Virus record (IMG/VR): IMGVR_UViG_3300036770_004428
Location: 1-64,000 of that record
Reading direction: 5' to 3' (one strand)
Length of the DNA: 64,000 nucleotides
DNA from: a virus
The position numbers and the translations under genes were made by a program. Position 1 is the stretch's first letter. Every line of letters begins with the position of its first letter. Below are positions 17,367 through 26,930 of this stretch, piece after piece. The notes beneath the pieces were generated by a model. That model saw only the letters and a list, made by a program, of their open reading frames with translations. It was not told the DNA's origin and did no database searches.

Positions 17367-19895
17367 TTAGAAATCCATAAAGTCATAAGACTCACCATCT
17401 TGGAACTCAAAATTTTGTCCGTCTTGGAATTGTTTACTAACCACATATTTGTAACAAATATCAGTTCCAGCACTTAATGTATAACCATTTGGACATGGTT
17501 TATATTCTAAACAACATTCACTGCACATATCAAAAGTCATGTACAATTCTTTACTGTTTAAAACTAAGTCACTATGTTTTTCTAATACAGAAGATTGATT
17601 GAAATAGTCTGTGTATCTCCATGGTAAACTAGCGTCAACACTAGGTGCAAATGTCCTATTTATAACACCATAACCTTCAATTAAACCAAACTCTCCTGCT
17701 TGAACAATTTTATTATCGATTAACTCTCCAGCTTGGTCTCTTCTTTGTGAATAATCTAATAAACCTGGATTATAAACCCAAGACTTTTTATTGTCTATCA
17801 CTGGTGCAATATCAAAACCAGGGCATTTATTTTTAATAACATCTGTTACAGTATTAGCACTTAAACACTCAAATTTTATATTATCTATGAATATATCATA
17901 AGTACAACAACAATTTAAACCTGAAGTAAATTGTAAAGCTACGTTATAACCTTCAGTTGTAGCTGTTGTAGCGGTTATAGTAGTAGTATCGAAAACAGTA
18001 CCTAAATCAAACCAAGTTTCTAATTCGTTAAACACTATAGAGTCAGAAGTTTGTAAAATATTGTTTTTACTATCTGTAATAACTAAACTAGCTTCTATAG
18101 GTGTCAATGGATTAAAACAACAAGGTTCCCTGTTTGAAATTAATTCGTCTAAATTTATGTCTAAATTATTTAATATAGGTGTTTTCGGTACTGTATGAGC
18201 TGAATTGTAATCAACTAAATTATTATCCCCATCAAAAGTTAATAAACAAGGTTCAGTCCCATTATCAACATCTATTACATCATCACCCTCATCAACAACT
18301 TCAACACAAGAATTTTCGGGTACACCAAAATAAAAAGAGGCCCCAACACTTAAAGGTACATCACATATGGGTTTGATCAATTCACTATTTAACTTGAATT
18401 TTAAAGGTAAACAAGGACTAGGGTCTCTAGTATAACAATTTAATTCTCCTTGATATTCTTTGTAAACCCAAGGTAAGTTATTTTCAGAAGCTATTTTTAA
18501 ACAACAGGTTTCATCAATAGATTCACCATTAAATGTAACATAAGTTACTGTTTGATTAAAGTTATCTGTAGTGGTAGTTGTTGTTAAATCTTGTAAAGAT
18601 AAATTACATTCACCTAATGGTTTACAGTAACATAAAACACCATCATAAAAACCACCTATCTCAAGACATTTTTGTACTGTTGTTTCTACAGGTATCGTTA
18701 TATTAGAATTTGTTAATGATATAGTACCAGAGGTAGAACCACCAATATTAAAACTTCTATAACAAACATAAAAACCACCTCTAATATACAAGGCATTAGA
18801 TACTAAGATTCTAGCATTTACGTTATCAGGTATACCATCACCACCAAAATCACTAGGATTAAATAAATTATCTATAACAAACTGAGATTCCTCACCTGTT
18901 AATCCCAATGACATTAGGGTAGACATGTTTAATAATAATTCTCTACCTTGTATTGATGCTGCTAAAGCAATAAATTCATCTACAGTTGTTAAACAAGAAC
19001 ATTTTACACTAATTTCGGGTGTTACATTACATAAACAAGCAGAAACTTCATCACCAAAATCATTTGTTACTACTTGGTAATTTGAATTTGGTAGTCTTGA
19101 GCAACATTCTTGTCCTACTATTGGTTCTCCATTTAGAGCGTCTACATAAAAACTTCCGTTAACAAATAAATCACCTTCACCGTTAGAGGTGATGATATCT
19201 ATTAAAAAGTTCCATAAATCATTATCAACATCTTGTAAAGAATCACCATTTATTGTTGTATAAAGATTATCCCACCATGCAAAATTGTTACAATCAATAC
19301 AAATTACTCTACTATTAAATTCAGCTTGTGATATTAATCCCAAAGAAAAACTTTCACATAAACTGTCTGCACCAGTATCACTATAGATATTACAATTAAC
19401 ACCATCCCAAAAGACGGGTTCACCAACAAATTCTTCTTTACAACATTCTTCTTTTAAAGCCGAATTAGAGGCTGTAACAATACCGTTACTAGATATATTA
19501 AACAATAAACTACTACAATAAGTGGTTACATTGTCAGTACCACTACCTGTGCCACCACCTGTGGGTATAACAACTATACCATCTTCTTTATCATCTGGTA
19601 AAACACCTATACCTGTACCACCACCAGTGGGTTGGCCATAGGTACAACATCCATTACAAGCTTGTACAGCGACTGGGTCATAATTATTAGCCTGTGGGTC
19701 CATACAACCTGTAAGATTACTTGCGGGATAATTACAACACCCACTAGTATATGTACCAAATAAATCTGGTGTCGGTTGTCCTACTGGTCCACAAGGTGTA
19801 TCGGCCAATGGGTTATAATTACTAGCCAATGGATCTATACAACCAATAATACCTCTTGGTCCACCTACCCCTGTTTGATTTACTCCTATCGCCAT
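17367..19895 (-). CDS. Cys-rich baseplate-associated protein
   Basis: GCIDPLASNYNP and GCMDPQANNYDP repeats, several xCC modules, DNKKSW...LVLNSKE segment, C-terminal FQDG repeat. Confidence 0.55.
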   Translation of the reverse strand: MAIGVNQTGVGGPRGIIGCIDPLASNYNPLADTPCGPVGQPTPDLFGTYTSGCCNYPASNLTGCMDPQANNYDPVAVQACNGCCTYGQPTGGGTGIGVLPDDKEDGIVVIPTGGGTGSGTDNVTTYCSSLLFNISSNGIVTASNSALKEECCKEEFVGEPVFWDGVNCNIYSDTGADSLCESFSLGLISQAEFNSRVICIDCNNFAWWDNLYTTINGDSLQDVDNDLWNFLIDIITSNGEGDLFVNGSFYVDALNGEPIVGQECCSRLPNSNYQVVTNDFGDEVSACLCNVTPEISVKCSCLTTVDEFIALAASIQGRELLLNMSTLMSLGLTGEESQFVIDNLFNPSDFGGDGIPDNVNARILVSNALYIRGGFYVCYRSFNIGGSTSGTISLTNSNITIPVETTVQKCLEIGGFYDGVLCYCKPLGECNLSLQDLTTTTTTDNFNQTVTYVTFNGESIDETCCLKIASENNLPWVYKEYQGELNCYTRDPSPCLPLKFKLNSELIKPICDVPLSVGASFYFGVPENSCVEVVDEGDDVIDVDNGTEPCLLTFDGDNNLVDYNSAHTVPKTPILNNLDINLDELISNREPCCFNPLTPIEASLVITDSKNNILQTSDSIVFNELETWFDLGTVFDTTTITATTATTEGYNVALQFTSGLNCCCTYDIFIDNIKFECLSANTVTDVIKNKCPGFDIAPVIDNKKSWVYNPGLLDYSQRRDQAGELIDNKIVQAGEFGLIEGYGVINRTFAPSVDASLPWRYTDYFNQSSVLEKHSDLVLNSKELYMTFDMCSECCLEYKPCPNGYTLSAGTDICYKYVVSKQFQDGQNFEFQDGESYDFMDF

Positions 19896-19919
19896 TTATT
19901 TTTTTATATATTTTTTATT

Positions 19920-22900
19920 TTATGAAAAATAACAACCAATATCATTATTATAGTTTATACTTGAATTACCCGTTTGTTGTTTATAGTAGTTACAACAAGT
20001 ATTACTTAATTTAGTACCATCGTATTTCACAATTGTTGTATAATTAACACCTAAAACCACAGTATTTACTAATAAATAATTACCTTCGATTAATAATGGA
20101 CATTGGTAACATTTTTGGTTTAAATAATAAAAGTCACTGAATTCACAACAATATTTATCTAGTGCCTGTCCATTAGTGTTAAAGACATAATTACCGTTTA
20201 TTATGATATCATTATTGTTACACTTAATACATAAATTACTTACATTTTCACCATTAACTACTGTTTGGTAGTTAAATCCTAATTTATTACAACAGTCTTC
20301 TGTAATTAACCCACCTTCTAAATCTGTATAATAATTAATTGTGTTGTCATTAATTGTTACCGTATTTTCTTGATATTCTCTAGGACAATTAAAACAAGAA
20401 GATTCTGAACTACCTTGTGTTGTTGTCAATAAAGTCGTAACTAAATTAGTTGGACTCACATTATCAACAGTACCATCTAGATTATTTAATGTAATTATTG
20501 TCGGTCCGTAATTGTAGTTTAATTGTTCACAACAAACCTCATTTAATGGTGTAAAATTATCTACTGATGGTGTTTCATTTAAGTTATTAGGTATACCCAT
20601 CACATCATACAATTCGACCACTTGTTCAGCCGGACAAATGTTTTGTTCTGGCAACTTTTCACATATTTTATTTTCAGGATTCCAAACACCACCTCTAATA
20701 CTACAACAATCTTTGTTTTTCAATGGTTCACCATTAAACATGTAGATACATCTACCTGTTTGGAAATAAGTTCCATATAGATTATTTAAGAAATTTGTGG
20801 CCTGTACTAAATCATTACCATTATAACCATATGTTTGTGCTAAAGATATGGTTGTTTGGTCTGTTAGATTTAAACTATTTAAGTATTGTTCTGTGTTACA
20901 AGCAACAACCATAGAATCAATAGGTGGGCACCACCAACAATAGTAACCTTCATTATTACCTGCAGGTATATCCCCTCCATTTGGATTTAAAACGTCTGTA
21001 GTGTCACCATCACCTGTCGGTCCTGTATGTGGTACAAAGTCTAAACCAGTAAAATCAATATTAGGTAATGTCACACCATCTGTTGTAGTAACAGTATTTG
21101 TTTGTACAGATATAGAAGCGTAACCACTACCACAAGTATATTCCTTTAAACACAATTTAATAGGATAAGTACCTGGATTTAAAGTTATTGTTTGTACGGC
21201 TGTTTGATATTGGTCGGCATTTAACAAATAAGTTAAATTACCTAAGAATAACATTGCCTGATATTTACAACATGCAGCTGTTGCCCCACCAAATAACTGG
21301 AAAGTTACTGTCACAGTACTTCCTTGATTGACAGTTATTGAACCGTATGAACAATCTGTACAATTATTACTAAGACAAACAGGGTTTGTGATTATTGCAG
21401 GTAAACCAACAATACTATTTGTACAATCTACTTGTTGTGTTGGTGTTACTGTTGTATTAACCATATCTAAAACGTATGGTACTGTACTTGTTTGTGGGAC
21501 AAATAAATCTGATGAATCTAAAAAGTCAGTCGGATTTTGTGAAATCACATTATCTCCAGTTACCCCACCACCAACGACTGGTATGTATGAAGTTAATATA
21601 CAGTAACCACCTGTAGTATCTTCTACCCAAGTCACATCTTGTCCTACAATTGTTTTTGTACAACAATTTCTATCCGTAACTTCATTAACAATACCACTGT
21701 TATTTATTAAGATGGTTTGTGGACATTGTGTTACCGTATTGTTTGGTAACCAATAAAAATCACAACATTCTTCTATATTATGTGGTAATAATTCACCGTT
21801 AGATCCTGAAACATATATCATACCGTCATTAGCAAAAGAGGCTTCTGGTGGACAATTATTACAAAGTGTAGACTCTCCTGCTTGGAAAGTTATTCTAAGT
21901 GAATAAGTGTCACCGGTATCTCTTACATTTCTAGGACCATCATTATCACCATATTCGACTAAACCAGCAGATAATACTCTGATATTATCATTAGGGTCTA
22001 TTAAATATTCAGGTACTTGATCACCATAATTAGAAAATGCTTGTCCAAATTCACCAGGAGTGAAAGTACCATTATTATATTCTGTAAAATAATTTACAGG
22101 TATTTCTTCTAATCTTTCTACAAATGTTTCAGGTTCAAAATCTCTTAAGAAACATCTATACCTATCCCAATATCTTTGTCCAAAGTCATAAACACCATAG
22201 TGTGGGTTATTACCTTCAGTTCTTTCGTTGCCACCATTATACCAAAATCCGTCATTTTGAAACCAAAGGGTAAATGAATCTGTGGGTGTTTGTGGAAATC
22301 CTAAATCATCGGCAGCGAATTCAGATACGGAATAAAACTCAGGTAGATTAGTAGTCGGATTTATTATATTATAACCTATAGTACCGATGTCGGTAACAAT
22401 TTCAGCCTGTAGTAAATCTAAAATTTCTGTCATATCTACTTTATCTCTAGCGATATAGACTCTTTCATTTAAAGATGCTAAACATTCATCTATATTGAAT
22501 AGTTCAAGGAAAAATTCCAAAACTTTTCTTGTACCTTTAGACCTAAATAACCACCAAGCGTTTATTACCAATCTTCTCCATAATTCAATATCAATTTCAG
22601 CCGCAGAAAGTTCTCTAGAATAACCTTTAAATTGTGGGTTATCACCTTGTGAATTATCTTCAACAATATTAAACCCACCTAATGTCAACAAAACATCAAA
22701 ACCTAATGTTTTTGCCATCATTTTTATTAAATTGTCTGATGTATTATCCTTTTTGTTGTAGGTTACAACATTTGCAAAAGATAAACCATCTATATATTTT
22801 TTAATAACATCAAATTCGGCACCATAAACACGTAATAATTTAGATACTTTCCTACCAAATCTATCTGTACCATCACCATCGGTATCATATTCTTTTATGG

Positions 22901-23918
22901 AATCTGATACAAATCTTCTTAGAACTAAATCTGTTTTTGCTTCATCATATAAAGCAGCTAATTTAAATAAACCCTCTATATAGTTTTCGTAAGCAAAAGT
23001 GTTTATATCTAGGTTATAATTATCAGAAGTTGGCCATACAAAGGTTTGTAAAGAAAAACCTATATCACCATCTTCATATTTAATAGGTACATTAAATACT
23101 GCTTTGTAATTAGGTGTTTGTAATCTATCTAATAGAACGTTTTGAAAATCAGTTAGGTTATTAAAAAATTTGTCTCTTATTTCTTTTATCGGTTTTATGT
23201 GGTAATCAATTTTACCAAATGTTGACCCAGATAAACTCTTAAAACAATTACCCTTAACTGATACATAAATGTAATTATTAGTTGGTGTGTAACCTGTAAT
23301 ATCGTTTATAACATATTCTTCACTACCGTCATAATTAGTTAATACATAATTAAAAACATTGTTTAAAACATTTTCTGGTATAAAAAGGTTTTCACTTACA
23401 TCTAAATTAAATGGATTACTAGCCGCTATTATAGGACTTCTAAACGTAGTTGTATCAGTATCTAAATCATAACTATAATCTAGAACGGTATTCAAATTAC
23501 TTGGTCTCTCCAAGGTTGGTTGTGGTGGTGTCGAACAAATAAAAATAGAAGCTGGCCACTTTAAAATAATATCTTGTATCTCAGACTCAATAAATTTAGC
23601 AAAACTACCAAAGTAAACATACCTACTAACATCTTCTTTGTTAAAATTTAATTTAACAAAAACTTGATTAGACACCATAGTATCTAATTCGTCTACGGTA
23701 ATATTTAAATTATTTAATGAATAGTAGTCTGACCAATCACCTAATGTAAAATCTTTAAAAGGACTACCTTCAAAATTTGTTGTTATAGAAAAATTACCTA
23801 ATGTAAAAAAAGCGTCACTGTCAGTAAATTGATTTCCGACTAGACTTGGAGCAAAATCTCCCTCCCTTTTTTTATAAGCGTCCGTTAATGAACCTGGTAC
23901 AACTCTTTTTAAAGCCAT
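19920..23918 (-). CDS. baseplate wedge protein (gp7/P2 gpI-like) with Cys-rich C-terminal repeats
   Basis: LWRRLVINAWWLFRSKGTRKVLEFFLELF (KGT motif); C-terminal tandem xCC repeats. Confidence 0.65.
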   Translation of the reverse strand: MALKRVVPGSLTDAYKKREGDFAPSLVGNQFTDSDAFFTLGNFSITTNFEGSPFKDFTLGDWSDYYSLNNLNITVDELDTMVSNQVFVKLNFNKEDVSRYVYFGSFAKFIESEIQDIILKWPASIFICSTPPQPTLERPSNLNTVLDYSYDLDTDTTTFRSPIIAASNPFNLDVSENLFIPENVLNNVFNYVLTNYDGSEEYVINDITGYTPTNNYIYVSVKGNCFKSLSGSTFGKIDYHIKPIKEIRDKFFNNLTDFQNVLLDRLQTPNYKAVFNVPIKYEDGDIGFSLQTFVWPTSDNYNLDINTFAYENYIEGLFKLAALYDEAKTDLVLRRFVSDSIKEYDTDGDGTDRFGRKVSKLLRVYGAEFDVIKKYIDGLSFANVVTYNKKDNTSDNLIKMMAKTLGFDVLLTLGGFNIVEDNSQGDNPQFKGYSRELSAAEIDIELWRRLVINAWWLFRSKGTRKVLEFFLELFNIDECLASLNERVYIARDKVDMTEILDLLQAEIVTDIGTIGYNIINPTTNLPEFYSVSEFAADDLGFPQTPTDSFTLWFQNDGFWYNGGNERTEGNNPHYGVYDFGQRYWDRYRCFLRDFEPETFVERLEEIPVNYFTEYNNGTFTPGEFGQAFSNYGDQVPEYLIDPNDNIRVLSAGLVEYGDNDGPRNVRDTGDTYSLRITFQAGESTLCNNCPPEASFANDGMIYVSGSNGELLPHNIEECCDFYWLPNNTVTQCPQTILINNSGIVNEVTDRNCCTKTIVGQDVTWVEDTTGGYCILTSYIPVVGGGVTGDNVISQNPTDFLDSSDLFVPQTSTVPYVLDMVNTTVTPTQQVDCTNSIVGLPAIITNPVCLSNNCTDCSYGSITVNQGSTVTVTFQLFGGATAACCKYQAMLFLGNLTYLLNADQYQTAVQTITLNPGTYPIKLCLKEYTCGSGYASISVQTNTVTTTDGVTLPNIDFTGLDFVPHTGPTGDGDTTDVLNPNGGDIPAGNNEGYYCWWCPPIDSMVVACNTEQYLNSLNLTDQTTISLAQTYGYNGNDLVQATNFLNNLYGTYFQTGRCIYMFNGEPLKNKDCCSIRGGVWNPENKICEKLPEQNICPAEQVVELYDVMGIPNNLNETPSVDNFTPLNEVCCEQLNYNYGPTIITLNNLDGTVDNVSPTNLVTTLLTTTQGSSESSCFNCPREYQENTVTINDNTINYYTDLEGGLITEDCCNKLGFNYQTVVNGENVSNLCIKCNNNDIIINGNYVFNTNGQALDKYCCEFSDFYYLNQKCYQCPLLIEGNYLLVNTVVLGVNYTTIVKYDGTKLSNTCCNYYKQQTGNSSINYNNDIGCYFS

Positions 23919-23930
23919 TTATTTTTTAAA

Positions 23931-24803
23931 TTAAGTAGTTGAGTCTGTTATAGTATTAAAATCTTTAGTTTGATCAATGTTAGACCTTTGTTCCCTAACT
24001 TCAAATAGAGGTTGTCCAGTAAATTCATCTTGTATTTCGTAAAGATTGTATTGTTTATATATTTCGTTAGCGAAATTGTAAATAGTGTAAGTACCATCGG
24101 CAATACTTTTAGTTTGATTACCGTATAATGCTATTGCTAAACTATCTACATCGTATTCAGTTAATTCAACTTCTAATAGGATTGGGTCGAAACTAGTTTT
24201 ATTTATTTTAATACTTTGGCCAACGGTTCCAACAAATGGTAAACTATTCGGTTTCACTGTTGGTGCTGATGAAGGGGTTACTGTTAAAAATATTAAGTTA
24301 GAGTTGTTATTAAATCTATATCTAACAGCTTTTTGTGTCGTACTAGGTAAATTTTGTGTTATAGGTTCTACTTTATTAACAGAAGTTATTATGGTAAATC
24401 TATCTGTAGCGGTGTTACCATCATAATATTCTATTCTAGAACCAACCAAAGAGTCGATGTTACCATCAGGCAATATACTCGAATTTAAAACAACACCTTT
24501 AATATCTGGAAATGCCGCTAAAACACCGCAGTCTACTATTTGTGTATTAATAACCCTAGGTCTTATTATTATTGTGTATATCCCTAAATTAGCAAATTGT
24601 GCTGATGGTAACTTTAATGTATAGTAACCATCCATATCTGTTCCATCAGGTTGTTTTAATCTAGATAATACAGTTACTGGGTCTAAATTTAAAAAATTAT
24701 TTGCTGGTGCCGTATTTCTACTATTATTATATGAGTATAATACCTCTATGTCATTCAAAGAAGTATTAACTAATCTTTTTGTACCGTAATTACCTATAGC
24801 CAT
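23931..24803 (-). CDS. putative baseplate structural protein
   Basis: 290-aa beta-rich ORF within the wedge cluster. Confidence 0.5.
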   Translation of the reverse strand: MAIGNYGTKRLVNTSLNDIEVLYSYNNSRNTAPANNFLNLDPVTVLSRLKQPDGTDMDGYYTLKLPSAQFANLGIYTIIIRPRVINTQIVDCGVLAAFPDIKGVVLNSSILPDGNIDSLVGSRIEYYDGNTATDRFTIITSVNKVEPITQNLPSTTQKAVRYRFNNNSNLIFLTVTPSSAPTVKPNSLPFVGTVGQSIKINKTSFDPILLEVELTEYDVDSLAIALYGNQTKSIADGTYTIYNFANEIYKQYNLYEIQDEFTGQPLFEVREQRSNIDQTKDFNTITDSTT

Positions 24804-24806
24804 TTT

Positions 24807-25298
24807 TTAAACTTTTTTTAAATTAAAAAACCCATTTTTATAGATTTCTAATTGTCCAATATTATTTATATCCATTAATCTCATGTGTTTTTCATAGATA
24901 TTAGATACACCTCTTTCTATAAATATTTCATCTTCAATTTCAGGCAAAAAAACTTGTTCTAATTTATTCTCTTCTTTTAATAAGGGATATAAATTAAAAT
25001 TATTATTTGTTAATTTTACCTTAAAAATGGTGTCTCTAGTACTTTTACCTAACCTACGATTTGGTTGACTTAACTCGATGGGTGTGGTGTATGTGTAAAT
25101 TTTTCTAGATGGTGTCCTATCGTTAGGTATCCCACTATTACCATTTAAAAAGGTTTTATAAAAAATACCCTCTATTTCATATTCAATATAACTAGGTTGT
25201 ACATTAAATACACCATTAACCCCAACTTTATATGGGTTATTTTTATCTAATGTTTTTACTTCTTGTAACCTATTACTAGTATATCCTGTTAAATACAT
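24807..25298 (-). CDS. putative baseplate protein (possibly the C-terminal half of a split gene)
   Basis: PEIEDEIFIERG...YKNGFF motif; wedge-cluster context. Confidence 0.45.
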   Translation of the reverse strand: MYLTGYTSNRLQEVKTLDKNNPYKVGVNGVFNVQPSYIEYEIEGIFYKTFLNGNSGIPNDRTPSRKIYTYTTPIELSQPNRRLGKSTRDTIFKVKLTNNNFNLYPLLKEENKLEQVFLPEIEDEIFIERGVSNIYEKHMRLMDINNIGQLEIYKNGFFNLKKV

Positions 25299-25308
25299 AA
25301 TTTATTTT

Positions 25309-26160
25309 TTATATTTGTATACAATAAAAATACCACACAACATTATAGTCATCATTATTATTTGGATCCGATGTTGTTCTAATAATGTTAGGGAATGGTG
25401 GGTTATTTGAGTTACACAATATTGATTGTGCGTTATTATAGTTTACACTATAATTTCCACAATTAACTTGTCCTGTACAATCTGAAGAAACAAATAGTCT
25501 ATAAGTATTTTGTGGGCCAGGACAACACGTTTGTGTGGTCGTTGGGCAACCATTAGGTGTACAATTTGTTAAAATTGGGTATGCTCCACCACAACTTGGG
25601 TGTATTGCTCTACACCATTTATTAGCTAAATCTATTAAATAACTATCGCTAAGTGATCCAGGGTCTGATACGTCACCAGAACTTAATTTGAATAAACCAC
25701 CACCTAAATTTTGTGGTTGATCTACATTTGTGGTGTTGTCACTTGTCCCAAGGTTAATAGCACCATTATCACAAGAACCGTCATCGACTGTAGCATTTGG
25801 ATTATAATTTAAAGCGTTAGGGTCAGTACAACCATAAATAGTATAGTTACCATCACCATAATATAATGTATCACCACCATCATTATTACCATAAGGATTA
25901 CTCACCCCATCACTTATAGGGTTTTGTCCCCCATCATTAACCCCATTATTAGAGATATTCCAAAAATTACCTAAATCAATAATTTCAGCCTTTTCCTTAT
26001 AATCCGTGTAAACACCCAAGTCTTTAATGTTTTGTTTTAATATAAATGGTATAAATAAATCATCTGTGTTTACATATGTAACGGTGGTACCGGAATCGTT
26101 AGGGTCAAGTAAACCAACAATACCTAAATTAACTTTTATTTTTTTTAAGTATTTTTCCAT
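25309..26160 (-). CDS. putative baseplate protein with GCTD-type Cys repeat
   Basis: YGCTDPNALNYNPNATVDDGSC and a Cys-rich C-terminus. Confidence 0.5.
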   Translation of the reverse strand: MEKYLKKIKVNLGIVGLLDPNDSGTTVTYVNTDDLFIPFILKQNIKDLGVYTDYKEKAEIIDLGNFWNISNNGVNDGGQNPISDGVSNPYGNNDGGDTLYYGDGNYTIYGCTDPNALNYNPNATVDDGSCDNGAINLGTSDNTTNVDQPQNLGGGLFKLSSGDVSDPGSLSDSYLIDLANKWCRAIHPSCGGAYPILTNCTPNGCPTTTQTCCPGPQNTYRLFVSSDCTGQVNCGNYSVNYNNAQSILCNSNNPPFPNIIRTTSDPNNNDDYNVVWYFYCIQI

Positions 26161-26930
26161 TACAAAATAACTTGTTCTGTTAGTGTTATACTATTTGTGG
26201 TGTTGGCTCCTATAAATGGGTCTACAAAAAAATTGTAATTACCGTTATTATTTTTAGGATTAATAATCGTAAAAGGGCTAGACCACCAAGAAGGGTTTTG
26301 GCTAAATTGTGTGATGTTTATTGGTGTGGTGTAGTTTAATGGTGTATTTATGAAGTCGTGTACCTTACCAGTTGCTGCATTAAAGAATCTACCAATAACA
26401 TAAACTTTTTTATTGTTATTGGTCTCTAAAAAATCTTTATAATTTCTAAAAAAATAAAATCTTTTTAATTTTAAAGTAGGTTGTACAGTACTGTTTATGT
26501 CTAGTTCTTCGAAAAAAAGTAAATTTCTATTTTCTAATTCATTGTTTTCATAAAAATATAATCTGAAAAAACTCCTTAAAAAAGAACTTTTAGTTAAACC
26601 AGTTGTTGTATCAAAACCTACAGCAGCATAATCTTGTTCAAAAGAACCTGTTACTTTATTATAAAACCTAAAATTAATTGTACAACCTTCAGTTTCAGTA
26701 AATTTATAGGCAATTTGTTCACCATCAATAAATGGTGTTATCCTTTTTTCTGTTTCTATGTTTACTAAATTTGTGATAGTCTCATCTAAACCTACAGTAG
26801 TAAATTCCATAGGAATATTTACTGGTATGTAAATATCTGTCTTTAAATCAACCAAAACTAGGTCTTCTTCTCTTTGTACTACATTACCGAGTATTAAATT
26901 TCTATTTATAATATATCTATCCATTAACAA
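26160..26930 (-). CDS. putative baseplate protein
   Basis: 256 aa, coupled to neighbours; SFFRLYFY motif. Confidence 0.5.
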   Translation of the reverse strand: MLMDRYIINRNLILGNVVQREEDLVLVDLKTDIYIPVNIPMEFTTVGLDETITNLVNIETEKRITPFIDGEQIAYKFTETEGCTINFRFYNKVTGSFEQDYAAVGFDTTTGLTKSSFLRSFFRLYFYENNELENRNLLFFEELDINSTVQPTLKLKRFYFFRNYKDFLETNNNKKVYVIGRFFNAATGKVHDFINTPLNYTTPINITQFSQNPSWWSSPFTIINPKNNNGNYNFFVDPFIGANTTNSITLTEQVIL

